From NCBI RefSeq assembly GCF_988242995.1, contig NZ_OZ547043.1: a DNA stretch of 64,000 nt. The stretch is one strand, 5' to 3'. Position 1 is the first letter of the stretch; the number at the start of each line of letters is the position of its first letter. Shown one piece after another: positions 11,010 through 21,276 of this stretch. The notes beneath the pieces were generated by a model. It worked only from the letters and a program-made list of their open reading frames with translations. It searched no databases and was not told where the DNA came from. Both the position numbers and the translations under genes were made by a program.

Positions 11010-12779
11010 ACCGACTCCTGATTCAAATGTATGATGGTATTCATTGAACAGAACAATGGATCCCCCACCGTTGCTGACCGCAAAACATTTACGCGATTAA
11101 TACTGCGCGTAATATAATTAAAAATCCAGCATTCTCAATCCATTACGAAATAAGATGGCATTACGGAATAGCCAGACTTTCTCGTGTTAACGTCCGACAA
11201 AATGCGTCATTGACAGCGGTTTCTGTGGATTGACACATTTCATTCAGATAATGAATTAATGCTACTGCCGGACCAACCAGCAAACGGGCATTGTGTTCTG
11301 AAATCCAGGCTATTGATTCAACGTCAGCGACAGATCTGCGCTGTAAAAGAACTTGTAAAACAACGCAATAGAATTATCCGGAATGGTGGCGACTATGCAC
11401 TAGAACACCACAATTTCGCTCTCTCGGTAAGGCACTGTCACAGCATTCAACAGAATGTGACTTGCCAGATTTATTAGCGCCACCAGATGTTTAACCGGGT
11501 AACCACGACCCAGTCGGGGATATATTCCATCTTCTCGCTGACATCATCAAGAATAAAAAGGTTTATCACACTCAGAGCAACGTTCTTCAGCAGGCGGGAT
11601 AATTCTTCAACATTTAGAAGATGTGTTATTAAAGGCATACAAACTGGACGTATTGTATTTTCTTTTGGTGGTTGACCTAAGGTAGCAGTTTATCCTGATG
11701 CGCTGAGATTTCTGTAATATCTACGTCAACATTCTCCTCGAATAGAAAATGCAGCCCCGGCAAGTGATTCACATTTTTTAACAAAACGTTGTTAGCGTGC
11801 CATTTTCAGAAGCTCTCCAAGAAAGCGAATTCTTTTCTCAAATTCTGCATTCTCAGACACAGCTTTCTACTCCATGGCAATGGCCCAAATACGAAGTTGC
11901 TCAGGATCATTAGTGGTGCTGAGAAGTTAAATAACCATGCGGAGTACCACTCGTCATCACGTATTTATATATCATGAAGCTATTGTTGTGTTTTGTACAT
12001 CAGTAGATGTATTCTGATATACTCCTTTTGCTAGACATAACCTTTCACCTGCTTGCAAAGCTTCTGTGTTCTGACATTGCCAAATTGTTGCAATTCTGTA
12101 TCCAGCCTTCTTTCAGTCATAGCTTCGGGCCGCGATAAGACTCACTGATCTGACCCTGATTCCTCTTGCAGACTTTATAGACCAATTAAAATGCAGTTTC
12201 TGCAGGTCAACGTCTGACCATCATTGTCATCACTCTGGCCATTAGAGTAACCTTCTGCATTCATCCTTTTGTAAAAAGTTTATAGACTGGCCCCCTGAAT
12301 CTCCAGACAACCAATATCACTTAAATAAGTGATAGTCCTGATACAAGTTTTTAGAGTAGTCATTAGTGAACAGATAATTGTTAACTTAGAACCAGTAAAA
12401 TGCAAACGACGCACCACGCTGGGAAAATCGCTGCTATTCAGCAGAGTTTTGTACCGAGAATTGTGGCCAGCCACTTATTGCTCTCGCGTAAGCAGGTATC
12501 CCCATCGTTTACCAGTCCAGCACATCTTGTGGTCAGGCAGAAGAAGAGCAAACTGTTACTGGACTCACTGCATGCATGGTGGAGAAAAATGCCACGCTAT
12601 CCAAAAATCCAGACTGGGAGAATGGTTCAGCTGTGTACTGAATCAGTGGGGCGCACTCTGTTATTACAGTGTTGACGGTCAGGCGGAGGCAGACATAATG
12701 CCGCGGAAAAAGCCCTTTGTGCCATCTGTCTCGGAAATAAAAACTCTTATGACCTTTGTCAAATATTGAGCCCAAAAAG

Positions 12780-14186
12780 ACCTTACGCAGCTCCGGGAGC
12801 TTCGTTATATCGCGGATTAAAGAACCTGAAACAGTCAGACTGTATCTTGGATTTTACAAACTCTTATTCGGGGATTTTAGCCCCATGACGATTTACGCAG
12901 TGAGCTGGCCTCTTTCTATATGCAGGTATTGGCGCATTCTGACCTCCTGAATTCTTTTACGAGGATCACTCATTCCGTGTCTGACTGCTTCAGGGTTTAA
13001 TTTTGCTTCTGCTGACTGAATGATGATTGGGCAGCAAGTGCAATATCCCACATAAATCCAGTCAACTCACGAGCCACCGCCGTAATGGCTACTTGTGATT
13101 TTTTCCCTTTTGCTGTCAGACTTCGGTAACGAGAACACAATCGTTGTTGAGCTTTCCATGCAATATCTTTGGAATATTGTGTTACAGAATCCGGTCGGTA
13201 ATATATAAGCCATGCACCAACTTTTGCAGGTGTACGATAAGACCAGGCGGCTTCGTAAAGCAGACGTCTCAGTTCGCTGTTTCCAACTTTTGTTATTCCC
13301 CTGGGACGAATGCTGTTTCCACTGGAATATTCCCCTGGAACCAGTCCCAGAAAAGCCATGAGTTGTTTGGGACTGGAAAATCGTGAAAAATCACCCAGTT
13401 CAGCAACCAGGGTTATTGCGGTTAGCTGACCAACACCTTTAAGGGCCTGTAACTGGCAGACCAGATTGCACAGAGACCACTCAGGTAACAGGCGGGATAT
13501 TTCCTGGTCGAGTTGAAGTATGCGATCTTCAATCTGCTCCAGACTCTGACAATAGTGTTGAAAAGCAATCTGTTGAGATGGCTGACTAAATGATTGATTG
13601 GCTAACCAGGTTCGATGTTTGCCGGTCCAGTGCTTCCCTGCATAACGTTTGTCTGTTCGCAATAGCATGCTCAGAATTCGCTGTCGGGCAACTCTGCTGT
13701 CTCGTTTAGCTGCTGCACGGGCTCTGATTAGATCCCGCATAGCTTCATGAGTCAGGTCAGGGATCCAGACAGGGGTAAGTTCACCAGCCCGCAGTAACCT
13801 GGCAAGAGAAATTGCGTCCCGATGATCATTTTTGATTCTGTCTGTCGGTGATTTTGGTATCCGGGAAGGGGCAATAACCTGGCATTTTATATTCATCGCT
13901 GTGAGTTGATGATATAGCCCAAAACCACAGGGGCCAGCCTCATAGCAGGAAAGAATGTTTCCGTAAAGTCCCTGCAATTTCTGAAATAATCGACGTACAG
14001 CCTGGGCTTCGTTGTTAATCGTACCATAATAACGAACTTCGCCAAGCCGTTCAGGTGCAGCAATAGCAACCGCCAACGTTTCTTTATGTACATCCAGCCC
14101 GATGTAAGCTGCAATATTTTCCGAATGCATAATGACCTCCTCTGGAATATCCCACCAATGCTATAGTGAGTATATAAAGGTCATAC
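12780..14186 (-). mobile_element. IS110-family insertion sequence (boundaries approximate, 3' end not determinable by eye)
   Basis: Transposase 12997..14130; upstream end abuts a truncated IS66 tnpC remnant at about 14187; no terminal inverted repeats expected for this family. Confidence 0.4.
12997..14130 (-). CDS. IS110-family transposase (DEDD/RuvC-like)
   Basis: 377 aa; N-terminal YIGLDVHKETLAVAI motif typical of IS110-family transposases; RBS GAGGAGG upstream. Confidence 0.8.
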   Translation of the reverse strand: MHSENIAAYIGLDVHKETLAVAIAAPERLGEVRYYGTINNEAQAVRRLFQKLQGLYGNILSCYEAGPCGFGLYHQLTAMNIKCQVIAPSRIPKSPTDRIKNDHRDAISLARLLRAGELTPVWIPDLTHEAMRDLIRARAAAKRDSRVARQRILSMLLRTDKRYAGKHWTGKHRTWLANQSFSQPSQQIAFQHYCQSLEQIEDRILQLDQEISRLLPEWSLCNLVCQLQALKGVGQLTAITLVAELGDFSRFSSPKQLMAFLGLVPGEYSSGNSIRPRGITKVGNSELRRLLYEAAWSYRTPAKVGAWLIYYRPDSVTQYSKDIAWKAQQRLCSRYRSLTAKGKKSQVAITAVARELTGFMWDIALAAQSSFSQQKQN

Positions 14187-14189
14187 CAT

Positions 14190-14412
14190 CTTTATGTTCT
14201 TCGGCGGCGAGCGCAGTGCACTGTTGTATGGGCTTATCGGCACCTGCCGTCTGAACGACATTGATCCGGAAGCGTATCTGCGCCATATCCTGAGCGTACT
14301 GCCGGAATAACCTTCCAACCGTATTGATGAACTCCTGCCATGGAACGTAGTTCTCACCAATAAATAAGCATCAATATGATTCTCCATTAACGCTTACCTT
14401 TTCTCAGGCTAT
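14190..14412 (+). mobile_element. truncated IS66-family 3' end (tnpC C-terminal remnant plus terminal repeat), diverged
   Basis: Translates to FFGGERSALLYGLIGTCRLNDIDPEAYLRHILSVLPE and PSNRIDELLPWNVVLTNK, matching the C-terminus of TnpC at 23289..24902; ends with degenerate IS66 terminal repeat ...cgcttac. Confidence 0.6.
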
Positions 14413-14505
14413 TTTTGCTTTTTTTTGCTTTTCCCCGCCACTTTATGGTGATTATCACATCAATATACATCGATAGATATTAACGTAACTGCAGTGAGGT
14501 GAAGC

Positions 14506-15720
14506 ATGAAATTTGAACGCCATCATGAAATATTGAAACGACTCAGTAAATTCGGTTCTGTAAAAGTATCCGATCTGTCCAATAGCCTCAATGTAACGAA
14601 AGAAACTATTCGTTCAGATCTTAATGAACTTGCCAGGCTTGGCTATCTGACTCGATGTCATGGCGGTGCTTTTATCGTCCTAGACTCGCTTGATACTATT
14701 GCGAAAAATGAAATCGCTTATGCGCTTGAAAATTATGATACAGCCCAGGGAATAAAAAAAGGCCACTCAACTATGAAAAGTCAAGTATGCGTTATTGGTT
14801 CGTTTAATGTTGATATCATCAGTTATTTGCCGAGGCTTCCCACTATCGGAGAATCGCTTCTGGCAAGTAATTTTATATTTTCACCGGGGGGAAAAGACTG
14901 TAACCAGGCGCTGGCAGCAAGCTTTGCCGATACTGATGTTTATTTCATAACAAAAGTAGGTACAGATCACTTTAGTGATTATGCGATCAACTTTATGAAT
15001 TCGTCTAAGATTTATAAAAGTATAATTTATCAAACGAAAGAAACGCAAACCGAAACTGCCACGATCCTTGTTAATGAAGGTACTGGCGATAATGTTATTG
15101 CGATCTATCCCGGTGCCAACATGACAATGTCGCCCGATGAAATAACTATTCAGAAAGAAGCGATTATTAATTCTGATGTCATACTTCTGCAGCTCGAAAC
15201 AAATTATACCGCTCTGCAACAAGCGATCACATTGGCGCAAAAAAACAGTATCCCGGTCATTATTAACCCGGCACCCTATAATGATATCGTCAACGAACTT
15301 ATTCAGGATGTTGATTATATCACCCCCAATGAAACAGAAGCTGGTTTACTGTCCGGCATAGACGTACACGATCTTGAATCAGCTAAACGAGCTGCAGAAG
15401 CTATCCACAATAAAGGGGTAAAAAACACGGTTATCACGCTCGGTAGCAAGGGCTCGCTCGCATTTGATGGCAAAAAATTCATTCATTCGCCAGCGTTTCC
15501 AGCGGTCGTTAAAAATACGGCAGGAGCCGGGGATGCGTTTAACGGCTCTCTGGCATCAGGACTTGCGAAAGGAAAATCACTGGAATCAGCACTGTGTTAT
15601 GCCAGCGCCTTTGCATCCCTAGCGGTGGAGACAAGCAATGCTTCCGACATGCCTGAACATGAATCTGTGATACATCGAATTCAGAGTATACATTATCAGC
15701 AAACTATTTTTACGCATTAA
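14506..15720 (+). CDS. DeoR-type HTH domain fused to PfkB/ribokinase-family carbohydrate kinase
   Basis: 404 aa; N-terminal DeoR-like HTH (VKVSDLSNSLNVTKETIRSDLNELARLGYLTRCHGGA) then PfkB body with GAGDAF signature near C-terminus. Confidence 0.7.
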   Translation: MKFERHHEILKRLSKFGSVKVSDLSNSLNVTKETIRSDLNELARLGYLTRCHGGAFIVLDSLDTIAKNEIAYALENYDTAQGIKKGHSTMKSQVCVIGSFNVDIISYLPRLPTIGESLLASNFIFSPGGKDCNQALAASFADTDVYFITKVGTDHFSDYAINFMNSSKIYKSIIYQTKETQTETATILVNEGTGDNVIAIYPGANMTMSPDEITIQKEAIINSDVILLQLETNYTALQQAITLAQKNSIPVIINPAPYNDIVNELIQDVDYITPNETEAGLLSGIDVHDLESAKRAAEAIHNKGVKNTVITLGSKGSLAFDGKKFIHSPAFPAVVKNTAGAGDAFNGSLASGLAKGKSLESALCYASAFASLAVETSNASDMPEHESVIHRIQSIHYQQTIFTH

Positions 15721-15733
15721 GAAGGGACAGAGA

Positions 15734-16492
15734 ATGAATAACACCAAAAAATCACTAAAAGTGCTCTTTATTGGGGAATCCTGGCATATTCATATGATTC
15801 ATTCAAAAGGATATGACAGTTTTACCTCAAGTAAATATGAAGAAGGTGCGACCTGGTTACTCCAGTGTCTGAAAAATAGTCAGGTAGATGTCACCTATAT
15901 GCCAGCACATACGGTACAAATTGCCTTCCCTGAAGATGTGGCACAGTTAGAACAATATGATGCCATCGTTATTAGTGATATTGGTAGTAATACTTTCCTG
16001 CTACAAAATGATACTTTTTATCAGCTTCGCATAAAACCAAACGCTCTCGAACTGATTAAAGAATATGTGAATAACGGTGGTGGGTTATTGATGATTGGCG
16101 GCTATCTCTCATTCATGGGAATTGAAGCAAAAGCCAATTATAAAAATACAGTTCTGGCTGATGTGCTCCCGGTTACGATGTTAGATGGTGACGATCGTGT
16201 CGAAAAACCAGAGGGTGTTATTGCACAGCCATCACAACCTGAACATCCAGTTATTAAAGGGTTCTCTGAATATCCTTTTTTCCTAGGTTATAACCGGGCG
16301 ATCGCTAAAGAAAATGCTGAGGTGGTATTAACAATAAACAACGCTCCATTACTGGTCTTTGGTAACTATCACAACGGGAAAATAGCCTGCTTTATGAGTG
16401 ACTGTTCACCGCACTGGGGTACACAGCAGTTTATGTCCTGGCCGTTCTATACCGCGTTGTGGGTAAATATACTGACTCATATTGCAAGATAA
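15734..16492 (+). CDS. hypothetical protein, possibly class-I glutamine amidotransferase-like fold
   Basis: 252 aa ORF immediately downstream of the kinase gene (14-nt gap); fold assignment is pattern-based only. Confidence 0.5.
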   Translation: MNNTKKSLKVLFIGESWHIHMIHSKGYDSFTSSKYEEGATWLLQCLKNSQVDVTYMPAHTVQIAFPEDVAQLEQYDAIVISDIGSNTFLLQNDTFYQLRIKPNALELIKEYVNNGGGLLMIGGYLSFMGIEAKANYKNTVLADVLPVTMLDGDDRVEKPEGVIAQPSQPEHPVIKGFSEYPFFLGYNRAIAKENAEVVLTINNAPLLVFGNYHNGKIACFMSDCSPHWGTQQFMSWPFYTALWVNILTHIAR

Positions 16493-16548
16493 TAATAATA
16501 ATGGGGTAACTCCAGTTACTCCATTTACTATAATAGAAGGATTGATGT

Positions 16549-17514
16549 ATGAAAAAGAATAAGTACTCAACTCCCTTATGGATGCTTGCCACGATTCTTG
16601 CGGGTATGCTCTCCCCTATGCAATCAGCGGTGAATGGTCAATTAGGTCACTGGTTACAGGATGGTAATGCATGCGCAGTTATCTCCTTTGCCAGTGGTTT
16701 AGTCGTGATGTTTTTTATTATTATGGCGCGAAAAGAAACCCGGCAACAATTTGCGGCAATTCCTTCTCTGATTAAAAACCGAAAAGTTCCTCTCTGGAAC
16801 TGGTTTGCCGGTCTCTGTGGAGCGATGGTGGTATTTTCTGAAGGCGCATCAGCCAGCGCACTCGGGGTCGCAACGTTTCAAACCGCACTGATCTCCGCGC
16901 TATTGCTGTCTGGTTTACTTTGCGATCGCTTTGGTATCGGTGTCGACGAGAAAAAATACTTTACCCCTTATCGCATCATCGGTGCATTATTTGCGGTTAT
17001 TGCTACGATTTTTGTTGTGTCACCTCAGTGGCATTCTACCTCTTTCATCTTACTTGCCATTCTTCCGTTCTTAGCTGGTTTGCTTGCAGGATGGCAGCCC
17101 GCTGGAAATGCAAAAGTAGCTGAAGCTACGGGATCCATGCTGGTTTCAATCACCTAGAATTTCATCGTTGGATTTTGTGTTTTAGGCACAGCGCTAGCTA
17201 TTCGTGTCGCATTAGGGCACGTCACTGTTCAATTACCAGATGTCTGGTGGATGTATCTTGGCGGCCCGCTTGGACTAATGTCTATCGGTTTAATGGCCAT
17301 TTTGGTCAGAGGTCTGGGGTTACTGATGCTGGGGGTTGCTTCAACGGCGGGCCAGTTACTGGGATCAGTATTGATTGACGTATTAATTCCATCGCTGGGC
17401 AATAGCGTTTATCTGGTCACGATCATCGGAACACTGTTTGCACTGGTCGGTGCAATTGTTACCACTATTCCGGAATACAGAACCTCGAAAACAATGAAGA
17501 AAATGGAGGTATAA
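16549..17514 (+). pseudogene. DMT/DUF606-type membrane transporter with single in-frame amber stop (TAG at 17155..17157)
   Basis: ORFs 16549..17157 and 17251..17514 are in the same frame; only one TAG interrupts a continuous about 320-codon hydrophobic reading frame. Confidence 0.5.
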
Positions 17515-17516
17515 TC

Positions 17517-18551
17517 ATGAAAGATTATCTACAAACTGTGACGGGCCCCGTCGCCCGTGAAGATATGGGGCTAACACTTCCTCATGAACATCTGTTCAAC
17601 GATCTTTCCTCTGTTGTGGATGCTCCTTGCTATCCTTTTTCACAACGGCTTGTTGATAAAAAAGTCACGGCAGAAATCCAGTGGGCATTAAAACACGATC
17701 CTTATTGCTGCGCTGATAATATGGACCGCAAACCTATTGAAGATGTGATCTTCGAAATTAATAACTTTATCTCGCTCGGTGGTCGCACCATTGTTGATGC
17801 CACAGGGTCTGAGTCTATCGGACGAGATGCGCAGGCATTACGAGAAGTCGCATTAAAAACAGGTCTGAATATTGTTGCTTCCTCCGGTCCCTACCTGGAA
17901 AAATTTGAAAGCCAGAGAATTCATAAAACGGTTGATGAACTGGCGACAACGATCGATAAAGAATTGAATCAAGGGATTGGCGATACGGATATTCGTGCCG
18001 GAATGATCGGTGAAATAGGTGTTTCACCGACATTTACCGAAGCCGAGCATAACAGCTTGCGGGCTGCCTCGCTGGCACAGATTAACAATCCTCATGTGGC
18101 GATGAATATTCACATGCCGGGCTGGCTTCGTCGCGGTGATGAAGTACTCGACATTGTGTTAGGTGAAATGGGCGTCTCGCCAAATAAAGTCTCTCTCGCA
18201 CACTCGGATCCGTCAGGAAAAGACGTGGCGTATCAGCGGAAAATGCTTGATAAAGGTGTCTGGCTGGAATTCGACATGATTGGCCTAGACATTACCTTCC
18301 CGAAAGAGGGAATAGCGCCAGGGGTGCAGGAGACTGCCGATGCCGTCGCTCATCTCATTGAGTTGGGTTACGCCGATCAGCTTGTTCTCAGCCACGATGT
18401 CTTCCTTAAACAAATGTGGGCTAAAAATGGCGGTAATGGCTGGGGATTTGTTCCAGATGTTTTTCTGGCCTATCTGGCGGAGCGCGGCGTCGATAAAACG
18501 ATCCTCAAAAAACTCTGTATCGATAATCCCGGACGATTATTGACCGCATAA
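17517..18551 (+). CDS. phosphotriesterase-related protein (PHP/amidohydrolase family)
   Basis: 344 aa; N-terminal GLTLPHEHL metal-binding motif typical of phosphotriesterase homology proteins. Confidence 0.8.
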   Translation: MKDYLQTVTGPVAREDMGLTLPHEHLFNDLSSVVDAPCYPFSQRLVDKKVTAEIQWALKHDPYCCADNMDRKPIEDVIFEINNFISLGGRTIVDATGSESIGRDAQALREVALKTGLNIVASSGPYLEKFESQRIHKTVDELATTIDKELNQGIGDTDIRAGMIGEIGVSPTFTEAEHNSLRAASLAQINNPHVAMNIHMPGWLRRGDEVLDIVLGEMGVSPNKVSLAHSDPSGKDVAYQRKMLDKGVWLEFDMIGLDITFPKEGIAPGVQETADAVAHLIELGYADQLVLSHDVFLKQMWAKNGGNGWGFVPDVFLAYLAERGVDKTILKKLCIDNPGRLLTA

Positions 18552-18595
18552 AACCATTATCCCCCGGCACATTGCGCCGGGGGATGTCAATTAAT

Positions 18596-18957
18596 ACCCC
18601 GCCGTTAAATCATCCACCAAGCGCGAGTCGGATGCGCCGTACAACTCACCATCCGACCCAACCATAATGCTTTGCGTGCTGCCCATCGCCTCATTCAGCG
18701 CCACTTTCTGACCTTTTGCATCCAGCAGCTTGAGCGTATCCGGACTAAACCCTTTTCAACACGCAGCTCGTCCGGCAACCACTGATAGTGGAAACGAGGC
18801 GCATTGGTCGCTTCGGCAACATTCATTCCACAATTGATGCTGTTCACCACCATTTGCAGCACGGTAGTGATGATCCAGCTACCGGTAACAAAGTGAGTAC
18901 ATAAAGGCCATACTGTCACGAACAGTGCAAAAGTGGCTCTTCCGCAACCTGGGTGAA
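18596..18957 (-). pseudogene. 3' remnant of a gamma-glutamyltranspeptidase gene
   Basis: Minus-strand translation gives ...NAPRFHYQWLPDELRVEKG and, after a frameshift, GFSPDTLKLLDAKGQKVALNEAMGSTQSIMVGSDGELYGASDSR, a GGT C-terminus. Confidence 0.6.
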
Positions 18958-20600
18958 GATTTTCATGCCAGTGGACTCATTACCCTCCGCCTAAGTAGTT
19001 CAAGTCCGGCTCGACCATACATCTGGCGTATCAGCACCTTCAGGCGATTTACATGACCTTCGACAACACCAGTACTCCAGCGACTGCTGATTGCCTCACA
19101 TATAGCCGCAGCATCAGCTTCCATCCCCGCAGCTACGCACCGAAGTTCTGCTGAGCCGCTTTCGTGGACCCGAGTGAACCAGCTGCTTAGCTGTGATTTA
19201 TTTTAGGTTTTCAGAATACGGTAGAACTCGAGTACCAGTTGCTGCGCTATTTTCAACTCCGGTTCTTTTTCACACATCAGACTAATAAATCGGAAAGCAT
19301 AATTTTCTTCACCCCTGATTATTCTCCAGGGCATCAACCAGCGGCTTACCCGGGACACTGAAGGAAGTCTTGCGGCAGTAGTAACCGGTGGGATCCAGCC
19401 TTTACGCCATTTGGCAACAGCATCCCTGACGATGGTTTCACTGCCTGTAACCCCCCTGGCCACCATTTCCCGCCATATCCGGCCGGAGTTATAATTACCA
19501 CATTCTCGTTGCTCTTTTAACCACTCCCTCCATGGGTCCAGAAGCCCTCGCTTTGGAGGCCTAGTTGACATTTCAGGGAATGTTCCTGAACCCACCCAGC
19601 GACTGACTGTCACTCGCGACAGGCCTGTAATACGGGATATTTCCCTGAAACTACATCCCTTGTTATGCAGGGCCATAACCTCTGTCCAACGCTGATGCCG
19701 TTTTTTGCGGATGTGCTGTTTAAGGCGTTCCAGACGACGGAGCGATGCTACAGGCACAGATATTTCTGGCTCAGGTGATTTCTTCAGTGATAACTCTCTG
19801 ACAACAAGACGTATCAGAGGCATATGTCTGTACATCATTCGTTCAGGCTCATCACCAATATTTTTTAGCAGGTGCCATCGATCGGCCACCTGTCTGGCCT
19901 GAGGTGCACCTTCACGTGCTGCTGTCGCATAGACTCCACTGCGATCACGCGAGACAACCTGTATTTCCGGATATTTTCTGAACCAGGTCGCCAGCGTACG
20001 CTGATCACGGCCGGGAAGCAGGACGAGGGGACGGTGAGTATCAAGATTGACTATTAACATACCGCAGCAGTGGCCCCGATGCCACGCCCACTCATCAATA
20101 CCGACATGAGGCGCGCCTGACTGTTTCGTCTCCGGGGTATTGATAACCCTGCGAAGAAGAGTATCAGCACTGCAACGGAGACCCGCTGCCGTTGCAGCCC
20201 GTTTTCCAGCCTCACCTCCAGCTATTAATCCCAGTTGACGTTGTAAATTTTGTAACGCCTGTGAAGACTGCTGGTGTGAACCGGCGAAGGGAGCAAGCGA
20301 CTCGGCAAAAATTTTACGTGAACAAGCCGGGTTACGGCAGTACCAGTGGCGGACGGAAAATACAAGCCATAGCGTCTGCCCTGAGCAGGGTAGATGCTGT
20401 ATCCGGCGCCGACGACAACTATGAACAGAGTCGCTACGCTTAAAGCATTCAGGACATTGTGCTGTTTTGCGTTTTCCGTGGAGATGGAGGGTTATACCGT
20501 CAGAGCTAATAATTTGTCGACTGCATCGCCATCCGCAAGGTAACTGTAGAAGTGTCTTAAGAGAGTGCATTGCGTTGCCCATAACTTAAAACAGCTTAGA
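18958..20600 (-). mobile_element. ISL3-family element with disrupted transposase (boundaries approximate)
   Basis: Transposase reading frame broken near 19200; no terminal repeats identified by eye. Confidence 0.4.
19203..20582 (-). CDS. ISL3-family-like transposase (N-terminal and central part)
   Basis: 459-aa ORF with Cys-rich zinc-finger region, GIDEWAWHRGH...LIVNLDTHRPLVLL DDE-like core and VADRWHLLKN; the conserved ISL3 C-terminal motif (STGVVEGHVNRLKVLIRQMYGRAGLELLRRRV) lies in another frame at 18960..19200. Confidence 0.55.
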   Translation of the reverse strand: MGNAMHSLKTLLQLPCGWRCSRQIISSDGITLHLHGKRKTAQCPECFKRSDSVHSCRRRRIQHLPCSGQTLWLVFSVRHWYCRNPACSRKIFAESLAPFAGSHQQSSQALQNLQRQLGLIAGGEAGKRAATAAGLRCSADTLLRRVINTPETKQSGAPHVGIDEWAWHRGHCCGMLIVNLDTHRPLVLLPGRDQRTLATWFRKYPEIQVVSRDRSGVYATAAREGAPQARQVADRWHLLKNIGDEPERMMYRHMPLIRLVVRELSLKKSPEPEISVPVASLRRLERLKQHIRKKRHQRWTEVMALHNKGCSFREISRITGLSRVTVSRWVGSGTFPEMSTRPPKRGLLDPWREWLKEQRECGNYNSGRIWREMVARGVTGSETIVRDAVAKWRKGWIPPVTTAARLPSVSRVSRWLMPWRIIRGEENYAFRFISLMCEKEPELKIAQQLVLEFYRILKT

Positions 20601-20865
20601 TCCTTGTTCGCCAGAAAGTTTCATCCATTTTCTTCCACCCAGGTTGCGGAAGAACCACTTTTCATCCGTCGTTGACAGATGTGAAGTATGCGGGAGAAAA
20701 AGTGAATATCTAACTGTAATAACTCAGACCGGTACGAGTACTCGGAACGTCTACAATCATTCAGGGCAAAGTGCTAAAATTTCTCTATCCCGGGATGCCC
20801 CTACCAACGCAGCACTCCCGGAGATATCATTACAGCTCTGCAACTGATTTCCGCGACTGAACCGC

Positions 20866-21276
20866 TCAGTTCCTATCCTTCCAGTTGCCTTCCTGCAGCC
20901 CCCCCTCCCTGCTGTATACCCCGGTACCACAACGCGGGCAGCACTTTTCTCCTTCATAATCTTCGTCACACATCACACAAAACCACTTTCTCACCTTCAC
21001 CGTATAATCCGGAACCGTCATACCCTGCAGATGCAAACGACGGGCCTCTTTCTCTGCCGGGTCAAGCCAGGTGCATCGCAGCAGGATTTTCTCAGCGACA
21101 GTCATCTGGTCATGTTCAAACCACGGTGGTTGTCCGTCATTGCCCCGCTGAAGTGTTAACGGGCATCCACAGGACACACAGCACAAAACGTCCTGGCGGT
21201 TGTGCTTCGCTGCTTCTTTCGCCGTAACAAAATGGCCTTTGCTGTCATTCGCCATATAACAGTTCAGAATTCGCAT
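20866..21276 (-). CDS. Cys-rich zinc-ribbon protein (paralog 2)
   Basis: Start at MRILNCYMANDSKGH preceded by AGGAGG; CxxC...PWFEH...CxxC...CxxC pattern shared with upstream gene. Confidence 0.5.
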   Translation of the reverse strand: MRILNCYMANDSKGHFVTAKEAAKHNRQDVLCCVSCGCPLTLQRGNDGQPPWFEHDQMTVAEKILLRCTWLDPAEKEARRLHLQGMTVPDYTVKVRKWFCVMCDEDYEGEKCCPRCGTGVYSREGGLQEGNWKDRN

